Positions 16,519-23,565 of a DNA stretch of 28,592 nt are shown here, one piece after another (position 1 is the stretch's first letter; each line of letters begins with the position of its first letter). Location of the stretch: the NCBI GenBank assembly GCA_036554625.1, contig DATBMX010000456.1, positions 1-28,592 of the forward strand. The letters are read 5' to 3'. Origin of the DNA: Aestuariivirgaceae bacterium. GTDB taxonomy: Bacteria; Pseudomonadota; Alphaproteobacteria; Rhizobiales; Aestuariivirgaceae. The notes under the pieces were generated by a model. The model worked only from the letters and a program-made list of their open reading frames with translations. It was not told the origin of the DNA and ran no database searches. The position numbers and the translations under genes are program-made.

Positions 16519-17388
16519 CTAGCGCCGGCGAGAGGCTGCTCTGGCGGGTTTCTTCCGCGACGCGGGCTTCGTCTCGCGGGCAGCAGCGCGCGACGACCCT
16601 GCCCTTTCGACGGAACGCTTCAGGGCGTCGGTGAAGTCGATCACCTTGCCGCGGCTCTCTTCGAGTTCATCCTCGCCGACCTCGACGCCCTTGCCGCCCT
16701 TGAGCTTGGAGCGCACAAGCTCGCGCAGCGCCTCGGCATAGTGATTTTTGTACTCGGTGGGATCGAAGGGAGAGGCCCGCTGGCGTATCAGGTCCTTGGC
16801 CATATGGATCAGATCCTGGCGCAGGCGCGAGCCGCCCACATCGGCAAACACCTTGTCGGCATCCTTGATCTCCTCGGCGTAGCGCAGGGTTTCGACCATC
16901 ATCCCCTTGCCGCTCGGTTTCAACGCAACCAGGTTCTCGCGGCCGCGCATGGTCAGCTGGCCGATGCCAACCTTCTTCTCTTCGCGCAGGGCATCGCGGA
17001 CCACGCGGAAACCCTCATCCGCGTCCTCGCCGTCCGGCAGCACAAAATACGGCCGGTCAAAATAGAGAGGGTCGATCTCGCAGGCGTCGACGAACTGAAC
17101 GAGCTCGATCGTGTGCCGCGTCGCAAGCTTCAGATTGTCGAGTTCTTCATCCTCGAGCAGGACATATTCACCGGGCTCCACCTCATAGCCGTGCACGATC
17201 TCTTCCTTGTCGACGGGGCCCACGCCTGGCGCCACTTTTTCATACCGGATGCGCTGCTTCGATTCGCGATGCACCTGGTGGAAACTGATATCCTTCTCCC
17301 TTTGCAAGGCGGTGAGCAGGCGCACGGGGATCGATACGAGCGCCAAGCGCAGGTGGCCTTTCCAGAATGTCCTGATGCGCTGTGCCAT
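16519..17388 (-). CDS. ku: NHEJ Ku protein
   Basis: WKGHLRLALVSIPVRL, IDPLYFDRPYF, YKNHYAEALRELV and KVIDFTDALKRS motifs; basic C-terminal tail. Confidence 0.97.
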   Translation of the reverse strand: MAQRIRTFWKGHLRLALVSIPVRLLTALQREKDISFHQVHRESKQRIRYEKVAPGVGPVDKEEIVHGYEVEPGEYVLLEDEELDNLKLATRHTIELVQFVDACEIDPLYFDRPYFVLPDGEDADEGFRVVRDALREEKKVGIGQLTMRGRENLVALKPSGKGMMVETLRYAEEIKDADKVFADVGGSRLRQDLIHMAKDLIRQRASPFDPTEYKNHYAEALRELVRSKLKGGKGVEVGEDELEESRGKVIDFTDALKRSVERAGSSRAAARETKPASRKKPARAASRRR

Positions 17389-17442
17389 GAAACCCTCTCA
17401 GACTCCATCTCGCTCCAGGCAGTCTCTACGCGGCTGAAAACC

Positions 17443-17625
17443 TCAGGATTTGCGCTGGGGGAGGCCTTTGCGTTTCGTTGACGCGAATTCTTCAAGCTGC
17501 TTTTCCGACATGGAGGCGACCATGTGCCGGGAGGCGCCCTTGAGCCGGGATTTGGGCTGCTCGCCGCGCTTGGCCGCCAACGCGGCGCCTGCGGCTTTCT
17601 GCTGGGCTTTCGATCTTGCTGGCAT
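17443..17625 (-). CDS. DUF3008-family small basic protein
   Basis: MPARSKAQQKAAGAALAAKRG...SMSEKQLEEFASTKRKGLP is the family signature. Confidence 0.92.
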   Translation of the reverse strand: MPARSKAQQKAAGAALAAKRGEQPKSRLKGASRHMVASMSEKQLEEFASTKRKGLPQRKS

Positions 17626-17654
17626 GGAGCAAACTTTCGGTTGCGACGCAATTC

Positions 17655-17680
17655 AACGTCGATATCCGCCTTCGAGTTCC
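17655..17680 (-). promoter_or_regulatory. EcfG/sigmaT-type promoter for DUF3008-ku-ligD
   Basis: Minus strand GGAAC-tcgaaggcggatatcga(17)-CGTT. Confidence 0.8.
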
Positions 17681-17689
17681 GGCGGCCGC

Positions 17690-17714
17690 GGAACCCAAGC
17701 CGCGGCGAAGCGTT
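17690..17714 (+). promoter_or_regulatory. EcfG/sigmaT-type promoter for the stress SDR
   Basis: GGAAC-ccaagccgcggcgaag(16)-CGTT. Confidence 0.8.
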
Positions 17715-17742
17715 GGCGCTGACGCCGTTACGCGAATCCGCC

Positions 17743-18600
17743 ATGTCGAAAAATCCCAAAAAGTTTCCGCCGCAATCCCAACAGCGCCAGCCCGGGCGCG
17801 AACATCTCATGCATCCCGAGCCGGACTGCCAGCCGAAATTTCCGGGCTGCGGGCGCCTGAAGAACAAGGTGGCGCTGGTGACCGGCGGCGACAGCGGCAT
17901 TGGGCGCGCCTGCTGCGTGTTGTTCGCGCGCGAAGGCGCGGATGTCGCCTTCGTTTATCTCGAGGAGGAGAAAGATGCGCGGACAACGAAGGAGCTCATC
18001 GAGCAGGAGGGCAAGAAGGCGCTTCGCATCAGGGGCGATGTGAGATCGCTCGCCTTCTGCAAATCAGCCGTTGCCCGATGCTTCGATCGCTTTGGCAGGC
18101 TCGACGTGCTCGTGAACAACGCCGCCGAGCAGCACACGCAGGAAGAGCTCGTGAAGATCGCGCCGGATCAGCTGAAACGAACCTTCGAGACCAATGTGTT
18201 CGGTTATTTCTTCATGACGCAGGCGGCGCTGCCGCATTTGAAGAATGGTGCAAGCATCGTCAACACGACCTCCGTCACCGCATACCGCGGCAGCCCACAT
18301 TTGATCGACTACAGCGCAACGAGAGGTGCGATCGTGACTTTCACGCGTTCGCTTTCAAAGTCGCTCGCCGGCAAAGGCATAAGGGTGAATGGCGTTGCGC
18401 CTGGGCCGATTTGGACACCGCTCATTCCCTCGAGCTTCAGCGCCGGGGAAGTGGCGAAGTTCGGACAGGACACCCCCATGGGCCGAGCCGGCCAGCCCTA
18501 TGAGGTGGCGACCTGTCATCTGTTCTTGGCGTCGGCGGAATCATCCTACATGAGCGGACAGGTGCTGCATCCCAATGGCGGAGAAATGGTGAACGGCTGA
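17743..18600 (+). CDS. General stress SDR oxidoreductase (YdaD/YghA-like)
   Basis: FPPQSQQRQPGREHLMHPEP N-terminus, TGGDSGIGRA, NNAAEQ, YSATRGA (Arg where SDRs usually have Lys) and GPIWTPLIP. Start trimmed to ATG 17743. Confidence 0.92.
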   Translation: MSKNPKKFPPQSQQRQPGREHLMHPEPDCQPKFPGCGRLKNKVALVTGGDSGIGRACCVLFAREGADVAFVYLEEEKDARTTKELIEQEGKKALRIRGDVRSLAFCKSAVARCFDRFGRLDVLVNNAAEQHTQEELVKIAPDQLKRTFETNVFGYFFMTQAALPHLKNGASIVNTTSVTAYRGSPHLIDYSATRGAIVTFTRSLSKSLAGKGIRVNGVAPGPIWTPLIPSSFSAGEVAKFGQDTPMGRAGQPYEVATCHLFLASAESSYMSGQVLHPNGGEMVNG

Positions 18601-18605
18601 ATCGA

Positions 18606-18782
18606 TCAGCCGAACACGGCGACATAGACGAGCACGAAACCCAGAACCACTCCTGCAATCCCCAGGATCAGGACATAGCGCACATTGTGGCCGGTCACGC
18701 CCTGGCGTGCCTTGTTCGTTTCTGTGCGCGCGAAATCCTCAGGGTCCTGTGGCGAGTAATCCGAGCTTGGATCAGCAGTCAT
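18606..18782 (-). CDS. 58-aa C-terminally anchored membrane protein, hypothetical
   Basis: ARQGVTGHNVRYVL followed by one TM segment. AAAGG upstream of ATG 18782 and an EcfG promoter upstream. Confidence 0.8.
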   Translation of the reverse strand: MTADPSSDYSPQDPEDFARTETNKARQGVTGHNVRYVLILGIAGVVLGFVLVYVAVFG

Positions 18783-18846
18783 CGTGCGGGCCTTTCCTAT
18801 CGGTGCTCGCAGGCAACGCAAGTCCTGCCGCCGCGGACGAGGGTGG

Positions 18847-18871
18847 AACGCAATTGGTTTCGCAAAGTTCC
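18847..18871 (-). promoter_or_regulatory. EcfG/sigmaT-type promoter for the 58-aa protein
   Basis: Minus strand GGAAC-tttgcgaaaccaattg(16)-CGTT. Confidence 0.75.
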
Positions 18872-18907
18872 CCGCGGGCCCAGGCAGCGACCAGCAAGAG
18901 CCAAGCC

Positions 18908-18932
18908 GGAACCTCACGTCAGTGATGGCGTT
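18908..18932 (+). promoter_or_regulatory. EcfG/sigmaT-type promoter for smORF + lytic transglycosylase
   Basis: GGAAC-ctcacgtcagtgatgg(16)-CGTT. Confidence 0.8.
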
Positions 18933-18958
18933 TGCCCTCCAAGGACGGAGGAGCACCC

Positions 18959-19063
18959 ATGTTGATCGTGCCGATTGTTTTGGCCTTCGCCATCGCCTTT
19001 GCCGCGGCCTTCCTTTACAAGCCGCAGCCGCAAGCAATCAGGATCAGATCACGACGGCGCTAG
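18959..19063 (+). CDS. 34-aa membrane smORF (MLIVPIVLAFAIAFAAAFLYKPQPQAIRIRSRRR)
   Basis: Not in the ORF track. GGAGGAG RBS 5 nt before ATG, promoter 26 nt upstream, TM helix plus Arg-rich tail, stop 11 nt before the next gene. Confidence 0.72.
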   Translation: MLIVPIVLAFAIAFAAAFLYKPQPQAIRIRSRRR

Positions 19064-19074
19064 CGGGGGACGTT

Positions 19075-19557
19075 ATGCTGAAACAGCTGGTCGTGCTTGT
19101 CTGCCTCGCGGGGTTGCTGACGGGGGATGCTTCTTCGACCTACGCGGATAATCGCACTCTCGTTGTTGCCGCCGCGCAGCGCCATGGCGTGCCGGTCGAT
19201 CTCGCCCTGCGCGTAGTGCACATCGAAAGCAGCAACAATTGTTTCGCCCGCGGCACGCAAGGCGAGCTCGGACCGCTGCAGATAAAACCGGCAACAGCGC
19301 GGCTGCTCGGCTACCAGGGCCCCGATTGGGCGCTGCAATCTTGCGGCGCCGGTCTTGAATGGGGCATGAGACATTTGGCGCTGGCGCTCCAGCGCGGCGG
19401 CGTGTGGAAGCACAATCAGGGGCTTTGGGCGAGGCAGAAGAGTGCCAATGGCGCGAAATATGAGAAGATCATCCTCATGACCTACATCGCGAGCCGGCTC
19501 GCGCCGCGAAACCGGAAGCTGAGCATGATCGCCCGCGCAACATCGGGCGACATGTAG
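19075..19557 (+). CDS. Secreted minimal lytic transglycosylase (SLT domain)
   Basis: Signal peptide, catalytic IES, GPLQIKPATAR, LEWGMRHL and HNQG. GGGGGA RBS before ATG 19075. Confidence 0.85.
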   Translation: MLKQLVVLVCLAGLLTGDASSTYADNRTLVVAAAQRHGVPVDLALRVVHIESSNNCFARGTQGELGPLQIKPATARLLGYQGPDWALQSCGAGLEWGMRHLALALQRGGVWKHNQGLWARQKSANGAKYEKIILMTYIASRLAPRNRKLSMIARATSGDM

Positions 19558-19585
19558 CCCCTTCGCAGGTTGTGCGGGCAGCCAA

Positions 19586-19611
19586 GGAACAAGCAAAGCG
19601 CGGTCCACGTT
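19586..19611 (+). promoter_or_regulatory. EcfG/sigmaT-type promoter for the Gly-rich protein
   Basis: GGAAC-aagcaaagcgcggtcca(17)-CGTT. Confidence 0.8.
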
Positions 19612-19646
19612 CCTTGTGCAGTGAGGTCCTTTCATAGGAGAGACAT

Positions 19647-20261
19647 ATGCATCGCAATGATCACTATGGGCGCGGACGCGTTGGCCGCGACCGCGACGAT
19701 GAACGACGCTATTTCGAGGGCCGTCGGGGTGAACGCGCGCGAGGCGGCGGTCAGGGTTTTGGTGGCGAGGACTATCGCGGCATGTCGCGTGGCGGCTATC
19801 CCGGCTATGGCGCGGGAGACGCCGGATGGGGCGGAGGTTATCCCGGCTATGGCGACGAGCAAGCTGCTGTGTTTAGCCGTGGTCAGCATGGCTATGCGCA
19901 GGCCTTTGGCGAGCATGGCCAAGGCTTTGAATCGGGCTGGCAGGGCGAATATAGCCAGGGCGCGCAAAGCGGCTGGCAGGGCAGCCAAGCTCGAGGTTTC
20001 GGAAGCCACGGTCAGGGCCGCCGAGGCGGCTGGGGCGAGGGCGGATACCAGGGCGAGCATGGCCACGAAGACCGCCGCTTCGATGACGACTACCGGCATT
20101 GGCGCAGCGAGCAGCTCAAGAAATTCGACCAGGATTATGAGGCCTGGCGAAACGAGCGGCGGCAGAAATTCAGTGAAGAATTCGACAAATGGCGCGCTTC
20201 GCGCCCGGAAAGGACTGAAGGGTCAAGGGTCACGAGCCAGTCCGATATGCGAAACAAATAA
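19647..20261 (+). CDS. Gly/Tyr/Arg/Gln-rich low-complexity protein with C-terminal DDDYRHWR...FDQDY...FSEEFDKWR helical motif
   Basis: AGGAGA RBS. The C-terminal motif resembles that of SWFGD-type alphaproteobacterial stress proteins (recalled). Internal GGYPGYG repeat at 19791-19811 and 19833-19853. Confidence 0.8.
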   Translation: MHRNDHYGRGRVGRDRDDERRYFEGRRGERARGGGQGFGGEDYRGMSRGGYPGYGAGDAGWGGGYPGYGDEQAAVFSRGQHGYAQAFGEHGQGFESGWQGEYSQGAQSGWQGSQARGFGSHGQGRRGGWGEGGYQGEHGHEDRRFDDDYRHWRSEQLKKFDQDYEAWRNERRQKFSEEFDKWRASRPERTEGSRVTSQSDMRNK

Positions 20262-20269
20262 ACGAAATT

Positions 20270-20301
20270 CTGCGGAACCGAATCAATTGGCCGCAGTTTT
20301 T
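20270..20301 (+). terminator. Possible terminator after the Gly-rich gene
   Basis: CTGCGG...CCGCAG stem followed by TTTTT. Confidence 0.5.
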
Positions 20302-20346
20302 AGCCTGTGGGCGGTGCCTTCCCCCTCCCCGCCCCTAAGACTCAAG

Positions 20347-20369
20347 GGCCCAACCCTCGTGGTTGGGCC
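20347..20369. terminator. Hairpin between convergent genes
   Basis: GGCCCAACC-ctcgt-GGTTGGGCC followed by TCTTCTTT. Confidence 0.6.
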
Positions 20370-20382
20370 TCTTCTTTGAGCC

Positions 20383-20616
20383 TCAGGATCTCTTCGCAAC
20401 CTCGCGCAGCACAGCCCACTTGATCTCTTCCGGCGTCATTCCGGTCTCGCCATAGGCAAGAATATGGCGGGCAAGTGCCGTGCGCGTGGCTTCGGCATGG
20501 ACATACTGGGCAAGCGGGCTTCCGCTCGTGACCAGATCCTCCCATGCACTGTCGAAAATATTCTGAAACTGGAACACTCGCTGGGGCGAGTAGAACTCAC
20601 TACGCATCATTACCAT
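20383..20616 (-). CDS. 77-aa hypothetical helical protein
   Basis: GGAGG RBS 7 nt upstream. The YSP...FDSAWEDL...RTALARHILAYGETG pattern recalls a widespread small rhizobial family. Confidence 0.65.
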   Translation of the reverse strand: MVMMRSEFYSPQRVFQFQNIFDSAWEDLVTSGSPLAQYVHAEATRTALARHILAYGETGMTPEEIKWAVLREVAKRS

Positions 20617-20708
20617 TGGGCGGCCTCCCCAAAAGCATTCTAGCCGATCAGAGGGTGAAGGGAAATCACCAATATCTGACGCTTTTATGACGGGGAGCGA
20701 AACGAGGG

Positions 20709-21728
20709 CTATTCGCGGGCGCGGCGGCGCTCACGCTTCGCCCCAGCGGCAGCGGCCGCATCAATGCCCTTTGCCAAGGCCGAAACGCTGCCCAGCCGCT
20801 GCTCGACGAATTCGATGGACGGTCTTTCGCCCTTCTCATGCGCCTCAAGCGCCGCCCGCATGGCCCGAAGATGCTGGGGCGTGGTGCCGCAGCAGCCGCC
20901 GATGATCCGTGCGCCGGCATCAAGCGCGATACAGGCATATTCGGCCATGAGCTCGGGTGTGCCGTCATAATGGATATGGCCTTCGACATACTGCGGGATG
21001 CCGCAGTTTCCTTTTGCCACGACGATGGCGTTGGGATCGGCGGCGGTGATGCCGAGGATGGTGGCGATGAGCTCGGACGCTCCGACGCCGCAGTTTGCGC
21101 CGATCGCTGCCGGCTGCTTCGGCAACGTCGTTGCAAGCGTGGCAAAAGCGCGGGGCGTGATGCCCATCATTGTTCGCCCGTTCGTGTCGAAGCTCATGGT
21201 TGTGACGATGGGCAATTTCGCCGTGCTTGCGCCTTCAACCGCCGCGCGCAGCTCCTCCTCCGATGACATGGTCTCGATCCACAGCACGTCAACTCCGCCT
21301 TCCTTGAGCGCGGCGGCCTGCTCGGCGAATGCCGCCACGCCTTGTTCATTCGGCAGCGTGCCCACAGGCTCGAAGAGCTCCCCTGTCGGGCCCATGGATC
21401 CTGCCACGGCCACGGGGCGCCCGGCCGCATCGGCTTCGGCGCGTGCATTGCCGGCCGCCGCCATGTTGATGGCGCGCACGCGATCCTGGGCGTCATGGAG
21501 CTTGAGGCGATAGCGATTGCCGCCGAAACTGTTGGTGAGAATGATGTCGGCGCCCGCCTCTATGAAGCCGCGATGCAGCTGACGCACGCGCTCGGGGTGA
21601 TCGAAGTTCCACATCTCCGGAGCGTCGCCCGAAGTGAGCCCCATGTGGAACAGATTCGTGCCTGTCGCCCCATCGGCCAGGAGCCAGGGCTTCGTCTCCA
21701 GCAAATGCAGAAAGTCGGTCTTGCTCAT
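20709..21728 (-). CDS. bmt: Homocysteine S-methyltransferase (Bmt; stand-alone Hcy-binding module of split MetH)
   Basis: LADGATGT, TNSFGGN, ETMSSEEE, Zn ligands GANCG and IGGCCGTTP. Start trimmed to MSKTDFL (21728). Confidence 0.9.
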   Translation of the reverse strand: MSKTDFLHLLETKPWLLADGATGTNLFHMGLTSGDAPEMWNFDHPERVRQLHRGFIEAGADIILTNSFGGNRYRLKLHDAQDRVRAINMAAAGNARAEADAAGRPVAVAGSMGPTGELFEPVGTLPNEQGVAAFAEQAAALKEGGVDVLWIETMSSEEELRAAVEGASTAKLPIVTTMSFDTNGRTMMGITPRAFATLATTLPKQPAAIGANCGVGASELIATILGITAADPNAIVVAKGNCGIPQYVEGHIHYDGTPELMAEYACIALDAGARIIGGCCGTTPQHLRAMRAALEAHEKGERPSIEFVEQRLGSVSALAKGIDAAAAAGAKRERRRARE

Positions 21729-21754
21729 GATAGCTCCGCTGCAGGGGGATATAA

Positions 21755-21778
21755 TCACATAAAGATATCTTTATGTGA
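21755..21778. promoter_or_regulatory. Perfect 24-bp palindromic operator over the bmt promoter (SahR-like box)
   Basis: TCACATAAAGAT|ATCTTTATGTGA. It fills the spacer of a minus-strand TTCACA(21779-21774)-N17-GATTAT(21756-21751) promoter. Confidence 0.75.
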
Positions 21779-21785
21779 AGACCCA

Positions 21786-22730
21786 TCATGCCGTGGGCGA
21801 GCCATAATACAGGCTCGAGACGTGCTGGGCCTCGGCAAAAAACAGCCAGCGCTCGATGAGCGCGGCCAGGACGGCGCACAGCAGTCCCGCAATCGCCAGC
21901 GCCAAACCGAAACCGCCGGGAACGATGGCGCCGGACAGTGTCAGGGCTGCCGAGAAGAACAGGCCGGCGAAAACATAGCGCCGCAACTGGTCGCGATGCT
22001 TGCGCGCCACGCGGTAGCCCATCTCGCGCATCACGAAATTTTCCGCCGTATGGGGCGCCTCCCATTGGCGCACCACGCCTTGCGCCCCAAGTCCCGTCGC
22101 CTGCTCGATCGTATATGCGACAGGGAGCGCATCGATCATTCGCCAGTAGCTCCACTTGCACAGAGCGACGGAGACCAGGAAGAACGCCGATATGCGGCCG
22201 AGCGCCGGCGCATTCACGCCGAAAGCTGTGCTCAGGACCACGAGCAGGACCGAGCCCGTGGCAAGCGCCCACAGGAAATAGCCTGCATCGACCAGGGGAT
22301 GATGCCATTGGCGAATGGTTGAGAGCGAGGAATAGATCTTGGCCGTGCAGTAGAGGCTCGCCATGCACATCAGCAACGTGCCGAGAGCGGCCAGCGAAAG
22401 CAGGCGCGGGCTTGCAACCAGTCCCGCCCACAGAAGCGCAAAGGCAATGGCCAGAGGGAACACCGCAAGCGCGGCCAGGGCTTCGCGCGAAAGCCAGGAC
22501 GAGCGCCATTGTGTGAAGGCTCGCCAGGCGCGTTCCGGCCGCCCCAGGTGAAAGGTCGAAGCCATGAGACCGAAGCCGATGAGAATGACTGCCGTAGCGC
22601 AGGCGATTGCTGCGAAACGCCAGTCTGACGCTTGCCCATGGAGAAGTGCAGCTAGGGTGAGCCACATGAGAAGGCCGAAGCCCGCGCCCGAGACGGTGGT
22701 GAACAGGATGACCGAATAGGCTGGGTGCAT
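21786..22730 (-). CDS. soeC: DmsC-like membrane anchor of sulfite dehydrogenase
   Basis: MHPAYSVILFTT, HLGRPERAWRAFTQWRSSWLSRE and ERWLFFAEAQH; eight TM segments. Confidence 0.9.
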   Translation of the reverse strand: MHPAYSVILFTTVSGAGFGLLMWLTLAALLHGQASDWRFAAIACATAVILIGFGLMASTFHLGRPERAWRAFTQWRSSWLSREALAALAVFPLAIAFALLWAGLVASPRLLSLAALGTLLMCMASLYCTAKIYSSLSTIRQWHHPLVDAGYFLWALATGSVLLVVLSTAFGVNAPALGRISAFFLVSVALCKWSYWRMIDALPVAYTIEQATGLGAQGVVRQWEAPHTAENFVMREMGYRVARKHRDQLRRYVFAGLFFSAALTLSGAIVPGGFGLALAIAGLLCAVLAALIERWLFFAEAQHVSSLYYGSPTA

Positions 22731-22743
22731 GAGGGCGCGGATA

Positions 22744-23508
22744 TCAGCGCGTCAACATTCTGTCGGCCCAGGCGAACAGGCGCTCGGACAGGCTGCTGCC
22801 GTAAGCTGCGCGGCGCTCGAGCGGTTCGGCCCCGCTCTCCTCCCAGCTTCGCCGGCGCGGGCGCGGCGGCAAATATTTGTTGACCGGGCGATAGCCGATC
22901 TCAGGCAAGAGATCATAGCCGCCGCGCTCGGCGACCAGCCGCGAAACGGCGCTGTTCGGATCCCCGAGATCGCCGAAATGGCGGGCGCTCGTGGGACAGG
23001 CGCGCACGCAGGCAGGCTGCCGGTCCTCGGGTGCAAGATTGTCGTTGTAGATTCTGTCGATGCACAGCGTGCACTTCTTCATCACGCCATCGTCATAGTC
23101 ATATTCGCGGGCGCCATAGGGGCAGGCCCAGGAGCACAGCTTGCAGCCGATGCATGTCTCGGGATCGACCAGCACGATCCCGTCCTCGGCGCGCTTGTAG
23201 GAGGCGCCGGTCGGGCACACCGTTACGCAAGCCGCATCCTCGCAGTGAAGACATGAGCGAGGGAAATGCACGATGTGCGTTTCCCCCGCGCCTGCCTCCG
23301 AAATTTCATAGGAGTGGATCCGGTTGAGCCATGTTCCGGTGGGTTCCGGCCCATAGGCATCGCGATCACCGAGCGGTGCGGAATAGCCCTGCGCATTCCA
23401 CTCCTTGCAGCTCGTGGCGCATGCGTGGCAGCCGACGCATGTGTCGAGATCGATGACGAGGCCAAGCTTCTTCTGGCCGGGCGCGCTGGTGTCCGGGAGC
23501 GAGGTCAT
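22744..23508 (-). CDS. soeB: 4x[4Fe-4S] subunit of sulfite dehydrogenase
   Basis: CVGCHACATSCKEWN, SCLHCEDAACVTVCP, CIGCKLCSWACP and CTLCIDR...CVRACP. Confidence 0.93.
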   Translation of the reverse strand: MTSLPDTSAPGQKKLGLVIDLDTCVGCHACATSCKEWNAQGYSAPLGDRDAYGPEPTGTWLNRIHSYEISEAGAGETHIVHFPRSCLHCEDAACVTVCPTGASYKRAEDGIVLVDPETCIGCKLCSWACPYGAREYDYDDGVMKKCTLCIDRIYNDNLAPEDRQPACVRACPTSARHFGDLGDPNSAVSRLVAERGGYDLLPEIGYRPVNKYLPPRPRRRSWEESGAEPLERRAAYGSSLSERLFAWADRMLTR

Positions 23509-23565
23509 GATCCACCCCTCTCTCTTCCATCTCTCTCGCGGGGGGAGGGTTGATTTGACTTGGCC

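Noticed and set aside
18784-19074. N-terminal extension of the SLT ORF given by the track
   Set aside because: The region holds two promoters and a better-supported smORF in another frame. The signal peptide starts at 19075.
12140-20709. att-like direct repeats or mobility genes at the stress-block borders
   Set aside because: Only short loose similarity (gcgactttta vs gacgctttta). No integrase, transposase or tRNA, so it is not called a mobile element.
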